The position numbers and the translations under genes are program-made. A DNA stretch of 64,000 nt from Vicugna vicugna (Eukaryota): the NCBI GenBank assembly GCA_013265495.1, contig MU062295.1, positions 14,735,692-14,799,691 on the forward strand, written 5' to 3'. Below are positions 21,130 through 32,559 of the stretch, piece after piece. Under the pieces are notes generated by a model. It saw nothing but the letters and a program-made list of their open reading frames with translations. It was not told the DNA's origin and made no database searches. Position 1 is the first letter of the stretch; each line of letters opens with the position of its first letter.

Positions 21130-22065
21130 TGATAAATGGTGCTCGCTGATGCCATGTAAATTTCTGTTTATGCCATTCTTTTTATGACTTCTTTTATCTT
21201 CACTTGGAAGGGCACTGTCAAATTGCTGTGGGCCGAAACCGGTTCAGTGAGATCTCAACTGAATTAGTAGTAGAATTTTCTTCAGATTTATTTTCACAAA
21301 TGTCCTATTTTACCAACATGAATTTTTATAGTCATCTTACTGTTGAAATGTAGGTATGTTTTGTTTTCTTTTGGACAACCATGATACTATTGTTATTTTA
21401 ACAAACTATATTCCATAATCAGGCAGAAATATTTATAGTTAACAATATGGATAAAACATAATGTTAAAAAACTTTGCAAACCAGCAGAATTTTAAGTTTT
21501 AATATAATCCAATAGATTTTTTTTTCTGAAGCTTAAGTAAGGTTTTAATTGTTATCCAACTTAAGAAACAGGAATGCATAATCATCCATTATTTTTAAGA
21601 AAAGACACATTACATTAGCATCTAGGTAAGGATGCATGGTAACATCCCCAGATTTCTTTCATAAGATAGGGTTTGAAAAATGTAATTTACTGTGAATCAA
21701 TGTGATTTGTGAACAAACACAACTTAAAGAGACAACTGAACTTGAAATTATATTTAAAATGCATCAGAGACATGAAATACATACTGATAATGTGTGCCTC
21801 ATGAAAGATTTTATTCTTTATCTTGTTACAGAGAAGTTTTATTTGCATGTTCATAAGCTGATCAGGGAGAAGACAGTAATATATGGCCTCCAAAACGGCT
21901 TTTCCTAATACATTAACAATCCTAGGAATCTTACAGTTGTTTCTGGTTTGAGGGAAAGTGTTCAGTTTACACACGAGTAGCTGTTTGTCAGCTGATTTAT
22001 GTTGCTGCACCTTAGTCAGTCATGCTCTGTATGGTGGAGGATTTTTCTAACATTCACTGAGGGAT

Positions 22066-22290
22066 TATAACATGCCAGGCACTGTTCTAAGCACTTTATT
22101 TGTATTATCCCATTTAGTACTTCCAATAACCCCATGACAGAGGCAGTTATCCTCCTTTTACATATAAGAAAACTGAAGGATAGAAAAGTTAAGTAATTTG
22201 TCCAAGGTCATGCAGTTAGTGAGTGACAGAGCCAGCATTCAAGTCCAGACAGTCACATTTTAGAGGCTACAGTTTCAACCACGAGGCTGT
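22066..22290 (-). mobile_element. MIR SINE inside the STEAP2 3'UTR
   Basis: catgccaggcactgttctaagcacttta...aagaaaactgaagg...aagtaatttgtccaaggtcatgcagttagtgagtgacagagccag. Confidence 0.85.
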
Positions 22291-24980
22291 GTGGCCCCTG
22301 CCCCATCCCCATGCCTACCTATCTAGATGATCCCTCTTTTGTGTAAAGACATTGACATTCTTTACAGTGTGTTGGTGGTGTCAAAATATATATGAAATTA
22401 TTATAATCATAAATTTATTATTGTGGGATAATCCACACTTACCATGAGAGAGGATCTTGCCTGGGACAGGACTCTGGAGACCCATGGCAGTCCATACACC
22501 TCCCTCTGGCAGTGAGGGACTCCAGCAGAGATAGGACCATAATAGTTTTAATGAATGAATGGCTGAGGTCCTATGGAATCTTAAAAAGTCCCTGTAGAGT
22601 TGGTTATCTCTTTTCCTCTTTCTGAGAAGTCCTCCTGCCTGCTCAGCCATTCATTAGGGAGCACGCTGCAAGCATGAAGGATATTTGGATGAGTGTTTAA
22701 TTATAAATCTACTCTAGAGACACATAATCATATAAATTATTCATAAAATTTTCACTGCTGACATTCCACATTAAAATTGCATTCTGTCCATACTTTGGTT
22801 AGAATGCCCTACATTTTTTTTCCATTTGCTCTTCCCTTATTAAAACTAGAAAGTTGAAGACAGGATACAATTATATGCATTCCTTTCCTGAAATTACAAC
22901 ATTTCTAAACTTACCCACTTAAGGTAGTGCTGAATCCAGCTGCCAAAAATAAAAGAACTATACTTAGTGGAGGCCACCTTTCCTACCAGTGGCTCTTTCA
23001 CTATCACTGCATCATGTTGGTTTGGTAAATCACTCATGATTCTCTGATGTTCTCTTCTTGGTGAATTTTAATATCTTGTACTTTTTAATTGAGTTTTTCA
23101 TTTTCTTTGTTTTAATTATATTCTTTCCCTCTTAAGAATCACTTGTTAGTGTGCAATAAGGATTCAGTTGGGTGATAACTTAAAGGCAAACACCTATAAA
23201 CTATATAGTGGACTAGTGAAATTAGCAGTTTAATACTTTGTTCCTTAAGATCCACTCCCTTAAGCTCATGCTTTCACCAGTTAATGTGAAAATACAATGA
23301 AATACTTTTAAAAGTTAGATGACTGCTGAACTATATTGTTGCATGTATGTATTAGTTAGCCAATAGTATAAATACAGTTATCAGTATTACAGATAAAAGG
23401 GGCCTTTGAAGATATGAGAAAACAGAGTTTATCAAAATGTATATGACATGTAGCTTTTGTTATAAATGGTAATATCTCCTTTTCAGTACTACAAAGATGA
23501 AATAATTTTGAAGTTTTAGAATAGACATAATATATTCATTATAATTCTAAATGTATAAAAGTCCTTCTAAAAATGCAAAAATATTGACTTTTAATTGCTT
23601 GACTTAAATGACTTTTTATTGCTTTATTTTACTATTTCCTACCTGATTATTTTCCTTAATCATTATTTCTCATAATTATCCCTTTAAAATCATCACTTTG
23701 GCCTCAGAAGTAGGACTGTATTCTGCTCTTACTAGATGTGAGAAAGTAGTGAGAAATTTAAAGTATTGGGATTTGTTTCCTAAATTGTATTTGGAGAAGT
23801 GCCCCTGAGAAGATTATAAGAATGTAGAAAATACATCCAGTCTTAATCCTATGCAAAAAAATTAAGTAGTTTTTTTCCTAAAAGGAAGTTAATCATGGAC
23901 TGAATCATACTACTTAGCTTTTGTGTACCGATTTCATGTCTCCTGTATTAAGAATATTTAAAATCATGTTTAAATAAGAATATATTCATGCTAACATATA
24001 TTTTTCAAAGCATATATGGAAATTAGCCTAGATTATCTACATGTAGAGATTTTTATTTAAATTTTACAATATTTTAAAGTATGAATAAATTATATTTATA
24101 GGTGTTTATCAGAGATAATTATTTTGTGCTACGTATGGAATTGGTTAATGAGCTAGTGTTAAATTACCTGATTAATTTCTTATAAATTAGCATAATCTTG
24201 AGTTAAGGAATTTTACTTTCAAAATTAATTTGATAATAGTAACTTAATGTATGTTCATCCTAACAATCAAATTATAAAAATTATTTGTGTAAAAGGGCTT
24301 CAAGAATATATCATATCCAATTTTTATATTGTTTACCTCTATATAATATGATAAATCTTAATTATTTTAATTGCCATTTGCCATTAAACTATTTCATAAT
24401 AAATTCTGTACAGAGAGTTCTCCCCTCAAAGGTTTTATTTGTGAAACCTAAAGTTTCTTATGTAATGTTTTAAATAAAGTACCGTAAGTGTAATCCGTAA
24501 ATCTTTCTTTAAGAATACTATGGACACTGAACTTGTGTCAGTCTATGAAATCTCTGTATTGAAATAAGCATTTAAACAGCCTCAAATGTCATGTTGAAAT
24601 TATTTTGTATATTCATGACTTAAAGCAGTGCAACACATAGTATAATATACCCCAGTCTAGTGTTAAGATTTATATTTGTGATGTATTGTCTTCAAAATTA
24701 GATGCTCCATCCTCAGTTGTTCATAAGTCAGTAGAGCAAATTCTGGAACATATTCAGTATATGAAATTGCTCTAAATGAAACTGTAATAATATTAGTGGA
24801 AACACAATTTGTTCATACCTTTGAACAGTGAATTTTATATTAATGAATAGGTTCTTCCATTTTTTTTAATGCAGGAAAACTATAAAGTGCTAATATTCAG
24901 AGATTCTGTTGATACAATACCAAAAAATGTTTTGTTCAGCCTAACATATGTATCCCACCCCTCACCATGGTTTCACTTTC

Positions 24981-25156
24981 NNNNNNNNNNNNNNNNNNNN
25001 NNNNNNNNNNNNNNNNNNNNNNNNNNNNNNNNNNNNNNNNNNNNNNNNNNNNNNNNNNNNNNNNNNNNNNNNNNNNNNNNNNNNNNNNNNNNNNNNNNNN
25101 NNNNNNNNNNNNNNNNNNNNNNNNNNNNNNNNNNNNNNNNNNNNNNNNNNNNNNNN
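24981..25156. other. N run (176 nt)
   Basis: Direct count. Confidence 0.95.
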
Positions 25157-25312
25157 ATTCATCACTTAGTATCCATCTCAGTTACCAGATCCACTCTTCA
25201 GGTATCCTAGTGCTTATAACCTTTATTTTACTTAATAATAGCCCCAGAGTGCAAGAGTAGTGACACTAGAAATTCGGATTTGACAAAGAAGTTGTTAAGT
25301 ACTCCCTCTAAG

Positions 25313-25484
25313 NNNNNNNNNNNNNNNNNNNNNNNNNNNNNNNNNNNNNNNNNNNNNNNNNNNNNNNNNNNNNNNNNNNNNNNNNNNNNNNNNNNNNNNN
25401 NNNNNNNNNNNNNNNNNNNNNNNNNNNNNNNNNNNNNNNNNNNNNNNNNNNNNNNNNNNNNNNNNNNNNNNNNNNNNNNNNNNN
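25313..25484. other. N run (172 nt)
   Basis: Direct count. Confidence 0.95.
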
Positions 25485-25946
25485 GACAAGTGCTTAGTCA
25501 TGCACTGTGGAAAAGGTATTAAATATGTACAATAAGATATTTTGAGAGAGACCACATTCACAGTATACTGTTATTATTTTTCTATTTTATTATTAATTAT
25601 TGCTGTTAATCTTTTACTGTGCCTAACTTAAAAATTAAACTTAATCACAGGTATGTGTGTATAGGGAAAAACATAGTATATATCAAGTTTGCTACTATCT
25701 GCAGTTCCAGGCATCCACTGGGGGTCTTGGAACATATCCCCTGCGGATAAGGGGAGATTACTACACTGAGATTTTTTAACTTTCCAAATCATTGGATTAA
25801 CATCATGCAGTCATCCAAATTAGGCCAGACTATTTGGATTCTCCCAGTGGCTAGATAGGCTAAGGTAAACCACCAAAGCAGATTTTTTTTTATGATTTAC
25901 AAATTCACAAATCCAAGGAGGTATTTTCTTAAGATTTTCTTTATAG

Positions 25947-26024
25947 GTCTTTAATGGCTTTGCAGATATCCAGCCTGAACAAGGAATGGAAGTTGTCTTC
26001 CAATGTCTAGTTACCCTACTTTAA
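25947..26024 (+). CDS. STEAP2: STEAP2 alternative distal terminal exon (frame 0: VFNGFADIQPEQGMEVVFQCLVTLL*)
   Basis: Acceptor ttttctttatag|GTC; homologous to the exon that gives the short human STEAP2 isoforms (recalled tails IFCSFADTQTELELEFVFLLTLLL and DLLQLCRYPD). Confidence 0.6.
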   Translation, partial: VFNGFADIQPEQGMEVVFQCLVTLL

Positions 26025-26681
26025 AACCCGCTGCCTTTAACATTCCTCAACTGCCCTTGCAGTTAGGTGTTCCCGTGTGCCTGAGTGTTGGCTCGTGAGA
26101 TGTAGGGGTACCTGTGAGTGACTTCCTGGAAGTCTCTTCAAAGAAAAGCAGCATGCGTTGTTTATCTTATTCCTCCATCTTGCTGCCAAAGTTGTGGATA
26201 TAACAGGAGCCCTTTCAAATATCCAAGAAGAGCAAGGTCAAACCCTAAGGAAAGCATGTTGGAGACTAAAAAAGATCTTGACTGTGTCACTACTTCAACT
26301 ACATTTTCCTGTATTTAAGCCACTGTAAATTTGGGTTTCCCTATATGAAGTCAAAACTAATCCATTCTGGCCCTTCAGTTCTTTGTCATGATACCATTTA
26401 GCACTGTTTGAATAAACTAGATTGCAATAATTCTTACCTTTAAAAGTTTTTAAAGGATAATGTGCAATTCACATTAGAATTGATTTTCCATTGTTAATTA
26501 ATTGTACTCATTTTCTTGCCTTGACCTTTCATTAGGTATTTTGTATCTGCTTGGAAAATATTGTCTTCTTTATAACTGTGTAATAAATATTTGCTAAAAC
26601 TCTGTAATCTCCAAAATATCGCTATCAAATTACATGCCATGTTTTTATATCATTCTCATAGATCTGCCTTATAAACATCTA

Positions 26682-26687
26682 AATAAA
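26682..26687 (+). terminator. STEAP2: Distal polyadenylation signal AATAAA of STEAP2
   Basis: AATAAA followed about 15-30 nt later by tgtgatttaattcctttttttg; a second AATAAA at 26582. Confidence 0.6.
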
Positions 26688-27059
26688 AAGTACTATTTAA
26701 TGTGATTTAATTCCTTTTTTTGAAATGTTATATACAAATGGATTTTCTTTCTTACTGAATAATAATTCCAATATTTGATGGAAGCCACCTAATACTTTTC
26801 TGACTATTTCTTTTTAGAAGCATCCAGAAAGCCATGCAGGTAATAGTCTGGGGGTTGGGGGAGTTTTGTTTGTTTTTGCCAAAGCAGTCATTTAGAAAAA
26901 CATCCATTTAATGAGATGGCATTGTTAAAAAGATTTCATTTCACTGGCATTCATTAAGTATATTTAAACCAGGACTCAACACAATATTCAAGCTATATCT
27001 GTAGGCTCCTGATAACAGGAACTCTGTCTTACTCACTACTACATTCCTATTGTTTCATG

Positions 27060-27854
27060 CAGTGTGGTCCCACAGATGCTAACAATATAATGACTGTTGC
27101 CTCATTTTTACAGAAAATTGTGTTACTTATCATCCCCCATCCATGCAGCTGTGCCTACATCCTCCAGCCTACTCCCCTCCCCATCACTGCCCCACCTCTT
27201 GCCTTGCCTCCTGGCCAGTGGCCCGGAGCTGCCCTGCGGTCCCAGAGTGGAGCTGCAGCCATTACTGCACCACCATCATGCTGCTGCACTGAGGAGAAGA
27301 AACTGACCTTCGTGCCTGCGCACAGGATCTGTGGGGGCTCCAGCTCCCCCTGCAGCTGCCTGGAAATGCGTGGTTGTGAATATACTGAGAGTAGGGTTGC
27401 AGGGTAAAATTCAGCAAAATTTGAATTACAGGCAAACACAAATAACTTTTTCATGTAATTCTGTTAGACATATTGCATGGGAGTTTTTTTTCCCCCCTCT
27501 CAACAGGGGAACCCTATTTGGGGGGTGAGCTTTGACCACGGAGATGCAGCATGAGACCGAGCTGGTAGATAAATTCTTCCTTCATTTCCCGTTGGTGGAC
27601 TGCTTCAAAGTGCAGTCATTCATAAGGCCTCCATGAAAATGCACTAAAAGACCAAGCAATTAACTGCACTTGTTTCAAAGCTCTGGCCAGCTCAGTGGCA
27701 CCTATATTTGTGGTCCCTCCTCCACTGTCTGCCTCACTTCCATCTTTTCCTCACTTCTGCTTCCCAGAAATGGTGTCCCCCAATAAAGTGGCAGCAGGTG
27801 AATGTTTCTTCTTGTTTGTTTATGGCAGGCTTCAGGGAACCTAGGGCCAGCACA
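27060..27854 (+). mobile_element. ERVL-class solo LTR (LTR16/LTR41-like); 5' boundary uncertain
   Basis: GC-rich block; gataaattcttccttc...ggactgcttc, ctctggccagctcagt, cctcacttccatcttttcctcac, AATAAA at 27782, 3' end cagggaacctagggccagcaca. Confidence 0.55.
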
Positions 27855-28172
27855 GTAATTTTGGTAGCGGATTCTTCAAAAGGAAAATAAAACATGAAAT
27901 AAATGATGATTTTCACAAAGTCAAGCACAGAGCCCTGCAGACTCAAAATCCAGATTGGCTGAGAGCCCTGAGTGGAAATGTCTCCCAGAGACAGATTCAC
28001 GTTGATAAAGGTACAGTGATGGACTGTTAAATCAGAAAAGGAATTTATCACTACTGTGAGAAATATCAATGTCCTATAGGCTAGGATACCAGTATTGCCT
28101 TAACTAAACACATTCTATTCTTGAATCTGTTCTTTATAGAATTCAAATTATAATTCAAAGGATGTTGGGATC

Positions 28173-28527
28173 TATTATGGGCTGAATAGTATCCCCTTNN
28201 NNNNNNNNNNNNNNNNNNNNNNNNNNNNNNNNNNNNNNNNNNNNNNNNNNNNNNNNNNNNNNNNNNNNNNNNNNNNNNNNNNNNNNNNNNNNNNNNNNNN
28301 NNNNNNNNNNNNNNNNNNNNNNNNNNNNNNNNNNNNNNNNNNNGACCATGTGATGACTAAGGGAGAGGATGGCCATCTACAAGTCAAGGAGACAGGCTTC
28401 TGAATGAAACCAATCTTGGACACCTTGATCTTGGACTGTCAGTCTCCAGACTGTGAGGAAATGAAATGTCTGTTGTGTAAGCCACCCAGTTTGTGGTATT
28501 TATTCCCAAAGCCCTCAAAAACTAACA
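28173..28527 (+). mobile_element. MaLR solo LTR (MLT1A/B-like) with internal N run
   Basis: tattatgggctgaatagtatcccc ... ggccatctacaagtcaagg...caccttgatcttggac...taagccacccagtttgtggtattt...aaactaaca. Confidence 0.85.
28199..28343. other. N run (145 nt)
   Basis: Direct count. Confidence 0.95.
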
Positions 28528-29958
28528 TGGAGTTCATGCAATCAGAACACATCAAGTGAGTTATAGAACTTGAATAATTAATGTCATTGGAATGAACTTG
28601 TCTGATTAATCCTGCTCCACAATAAGACAGTTCTCTCCTGGGGGTACTTTACTGTAACTTCCCACCATGTAAACACATTAAACGTTTTTAGTTCTAAAAG
28701 CTCAAGAACATTTTCAGTTCATGGAAATATTCCTATGTCATGAAACTGAAGCTTCGATCAGGTAAAAGTCACTCTTTATAAATTAATTTCACTATTATTG
28801 TTTATTTAGTTGCTCCACTAAACATGAATAGCCCCTCCAGCTTCCTATTTAAAAATTACCTAAAATTTGGATTATTAGTACACTTTTTATTAGAATGGTT
28901 GACTTCAGGGGTGGATGTTCTTTTGTCTTCTGTTCCATGTACTTATTACTCCCAAATTTGCATTGATGATTCTGTTAGAGAGATGTAATTGCTTTTGATT
29001 CTTTTTTTAGGCTTTGTTTCTGCAACAATCAACGTGAAGTATTTTTTAAAACACTTAAAGTAGATCAAATTCCAGCTTTTACGCACTTCTTCTGTTACAT
29101 AATTCCTCTACACCTGACATACTAAGACTATACTATAATTACATTTCACATGTGCTATAAAAATTTTCTGTTTAAAATAAATTACTGTGACTTAGAAAGA
29201 ATTAATGTTTACTTGAACATTTAGAACATCTGGCATTAGGTTAGTGACTACCAAATTCATATGTAACCTAAAATACTTATTAGAAACATTGTTAATTAAT
29301 GCTAGTGAATAATTACAATTTTCCTAAATATTACTAATTAGGCATCAGGAGAAAATTAGAAGAATATTATTTCCTAATATTACATTTATGTTAAAATATA
29401 TTTAGCCTTATTACTTTTAAAAGTAAAAATGGTGGATAGGTCAATATATTATGAAAATTGATGGTTAATCTTTAAATCTACAGCAGCTTTTTAAAAATTC
29501 CAATTTGTAATTTGTCAGAAATGTTAAATTCTGCTGAACTGTTACCAGATTGAAGCATTTCTAGTCTCTTTGTATAATTCATCTCATACGTTTCTCTACT
29601 ATTAATTTATCTTTTTGCTGAAATAATTTTCCATTTCAATAGTCAGCCATTTTGCCCTTACATCCTTCTGTGTTTTGATGCCATAAAAATGTCTCCCATG
29701 CTCTTAACTTACAACCTTCAAAAATCTATATTACAGAAGGATCAATAAATAATGACTAAACTTAAATCCAACACCTAATTTAAGCAGGTAAAGCTTTTAA
29801 AAAGCTTAAGCTTGGTGCATTTAACAAGAAGGAAAATAAATACACCCAACAGTATCATCAGTAAGAAAACAAAGGATGTGGAAAATTCACAAAGTAAAAG
29901 CCAGTTTTATGTCAATTGCCAAAACAGTGCTAATGAAAAACTACAACACCCACTAGAA

Positions 29959-30123
29959 TAGTGCTTCTCAACTTTTAATGTGCATACCTATCACCTGGGA
30001 GTCCTGGGAAAATGGAGATTCTGATTCAGTAGGTCCACCTTGGGGCCAGAACTTCTGTGTTCCTAATAAGTCCCTAGGTAACACTTGTGTAGGTAGTTCA
30101 AGGACCCCACTTTGAGTAGCAAG
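29959..30123 (-). mobile_element. MER5A/B hAT MITE
   Basis: agtgcttctcaacttttaatgtgcat...atcacctggg...gattctgattcagtaggtc...gaccccactttgagtagc; inverted relative to the copy at 30247. Confidence 0.8.
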
Positions 30124-30246
30124 AACTTAGTGTTTACCTTACTCTGGGTAACTTATGAAATGCTTTAACTTGGCTTCAACTCAAATAAAAAAGTAATCAT
30201 TGAAATCTTTAATGAACATTTACTGAGTACCTAGTATAATCTAGAC

Positions 30247-30624
30247 CAGAAGGTCCCAAGGTATGGTGGCCAGGCCAGAAGCATCAACATCACCCAGGAA
30301 CTTGTTTACGGTCGACCCTTGAACAATGTGGGGTTAGGGGCACAGACCCTGGCTCGGTCGAAAATCCAGGTGTAACTTCACAGTCAGCCCAGTATCCACA
30401 GATTTGACCAACCAGATTGTGTGGGACTGTAGTATGTGTTGAAAAAGCTCTGTGTATAAGTGGACTCCTGCAATTCAAATCTGTGTTGTTCAAAGGTCAA
30501 CTGTACATGCAAACCCTTGAACCCAACCCAGCCTTACTGAAGCCGACTCTGGATGTGGGGCTCAGGAGTCTCTTAATTAGCTCTCCAGATGATGCTGGTG
30601 CACACTAAGTTTTGAGAAACACTG
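30247..30624 (+). mobile_element. MER5A hAT MITE split by a nested MER8
   Basis: ccagaagcatcaacatcacccaggaacttgtt [insert] catgcaaa...gatgatgctggtgcacactaagttttgagaaacactg; flanks ATCTAGAC/CTCTAGAT. Confidence 0.85.
30309..30503 (+). mobile_element. MER8 (Tigger2-family) MITE with TA target duplication
   Basis: TIRs CGGTCGACCCTTGAACAA ... TTGTTCAAAGGTCAACTG; TA at 30307-8 and 30504-5. Confidence 0.9.
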
Positions 30625-32559
30625 CTCTAGATACTACACTGAAGGCTTGGGGTACAAACCTGGGTAAGTGACACTCCTTGCTTTCAAAAATCTCAGCCTA
30701 GCAGAAAATCTGCTGAGCCAGTAAATACCATTAGGTATATGGTGAGTACAAAAACAGAATGACAGACCAAGTGGCACCTAACATAGCAGAGGATGTAAAG
30801 AAGGTTTCCTAGAAAAGGTCACATAAGCTGAGTTTCATAGGGAGTTAGACCTCAAGACAGTAACATGTACAACATACGCAAAGGTAATGCAGAAAGAAGT
30901 TTGGCACCTGTGTAAAACCACAAGTAATTCAGTCAAGATGGCTTGAGTGTGGGGTGTTTGAGGACTTCCATCCTAGTTGCTTCTCACCTGTCACAGAATA
31001 AAACAAAAAACTATTAGAGCTAAATTTTTTTTATAAAGTTAGATCTATTAACTTCTCAGGTAAGGGAACTCATTCCATGAAGAATTTCACTGATTCCACT
31101 GATGGGGAAAAGCCAGAAAATTTTAAGAGCTGGTAAGGGGGAGTTCATGGGAGTTGTACTAATTAAGCATGGGAAACTGGTACCCTGGATATGAGACAGA
31201 ATGAATATGTAGGTCTGTACACAATTGGTAAAAGTGAAAAAAAAAACAAAACCCTGTTGTTCATTTGTTAGGAAAGTGTCTTCCGTTAAGTTCAGCGAGG
31301 ACTTTTCAGGGTCACTGAGGTTGATGAATCATTATCAGCTTCAGCCTATTGTGCTAAATTACAAAAGCCAGTTGATATCTGTTGGGCAAACTCTGCTTTA
31401 AGCAGAATATTTTCCTTGGTAATCCCTCCTCTTCATCCTTTCTTATCTTGAGATGCCAGGATGAGCACACAAAGGAGAGCAAATCAGCCGACTATCAGCT
31501 TTTCAAACCCCATCTTGGGTTCGGGTGCCATCCTCACAGGATTCCACTGTGATTATACAAATGGTTTCAGTCTCCCTTTCATGTAGTGTACTTGGAATGT
31601 GCAACAGCAATTAAAGTTATGTTAATAATATACTTGACACACCCTTTGCACTTTCAGGGTAATTGCAACCTTAGACCTACTGAACCACCTCTAGGTGTAA
31701 AGCCTAATGGGAGCTCTAAAACCACCAGTAAGTAGCTGTAAAGATAAAACACAAAAACAAAAAGAATGCTGAACTCCAAGCCAGAGAGTTTCAAGAAGGA
31801 GAGAGTGGTCAACAGGGTAAAATACTACAGACATGTAAACCAAAATTAGGACAGAAATTGCCCGGAGACTTTGACCACAGTGTTGGTGACCTCATTCAGG
31901 GCAGTTTCAGAGGACTGGGGTTGAGGAAAGCGTAAGAATGAACAGAATCGAGGAAATAGGGACTGGAAGCTTTCAGCACTCATTCAAAGAAGTTTGGCGG
32001 CTTTGGCGATGATTTACATAAAGTGCTGCCAAGCGGAAACTAGGTTTTCATTTCATTTATAGGCCCAGAAATGTCATTCAGATAATCTTGCTTGTTATGT
32101 GCCAAGCACCACTTTACAAAACTATCATCTCATTCAGTCCTCTCACAGCATTCCTACCGACAAGAAGAATGAAAAAATTATGAGAAAAGTGGGGCTTCCT
32201 GGGGTTAACTTTCTCTAGATACAGTGATTTGACTCAAAAGCCTTCTAACATTGTGTACAATGCCTTGGTGATTACTTAACTGTCTGGAAAGGACACTAGA
32301 GTACAGATGAGGTAAAAGGCTGGGTAATGTCGCTGATACTGATCACTTCTCTGAGGTGAGATAAACTGCTCTGCTCCCAACACTGAGTCCGTCATCCATC
32401 ATTCCTGCATCCCCATTCCTGCATCCCACGTTTATCCCTCATCCCTCCACCGACTCATGCTTGTTTTAAGAAGGACCAGCGCAAACTACCAAGACTGAGA
32501 CACACAGGGCCCCAAGGTAACACTCCACGGCCAAACACTGAGGTCTTCACCTGCTTCCT

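Larger units (their letters stand above)
24947..25763 (+). mobile_element. MER44 (Tigger7-derived) DNA transposon inside the STEAP2 3'UTR, two internal N runs
   Basis: cacttagtatccatctcagttaccagatc...ttttacttaataatagccccagagtgcaagagtagtgac and terminal gggggtcttggaacatatcccctgcggataaggggagattacta. Confidence 0.85.
21130..26710 (+). other. STEAP2: STEAP2 long AU-rich 3'UTR (3' end approximate)
   Basis: Follows the stop codon; AATAAA at 24473, 26582 and 26682, the last followed by a GT/T-rich element; about 5 kb as recalled for human. Confidence 0.65.

Noticed and set aside
21239-21260. IRE-like C-N5-CAGTGA loop in the STEAP2 3'UTR (attractive because STEAP2 is a ferrireductase)
   Set aside because: Upper stem has one mismatch and two G-U pairs, and there is no lower stem; other 3'UTR CAGTG hits checked did not pair
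27057-27454. Overlapping 116-, 99- and 69-aa ORFs in a GC-rich block
   Set aside because: Lie within an ERVL-type LTR; GC-rich sequence gives long spurious ORFs
32400-32427. 14-bp tandem duplication CATTCCTGCATCCC x2 upstream of CFAP69
   Set aside because: Likely neutral slippage; TEAD-like CATTCC core noted but unsupported
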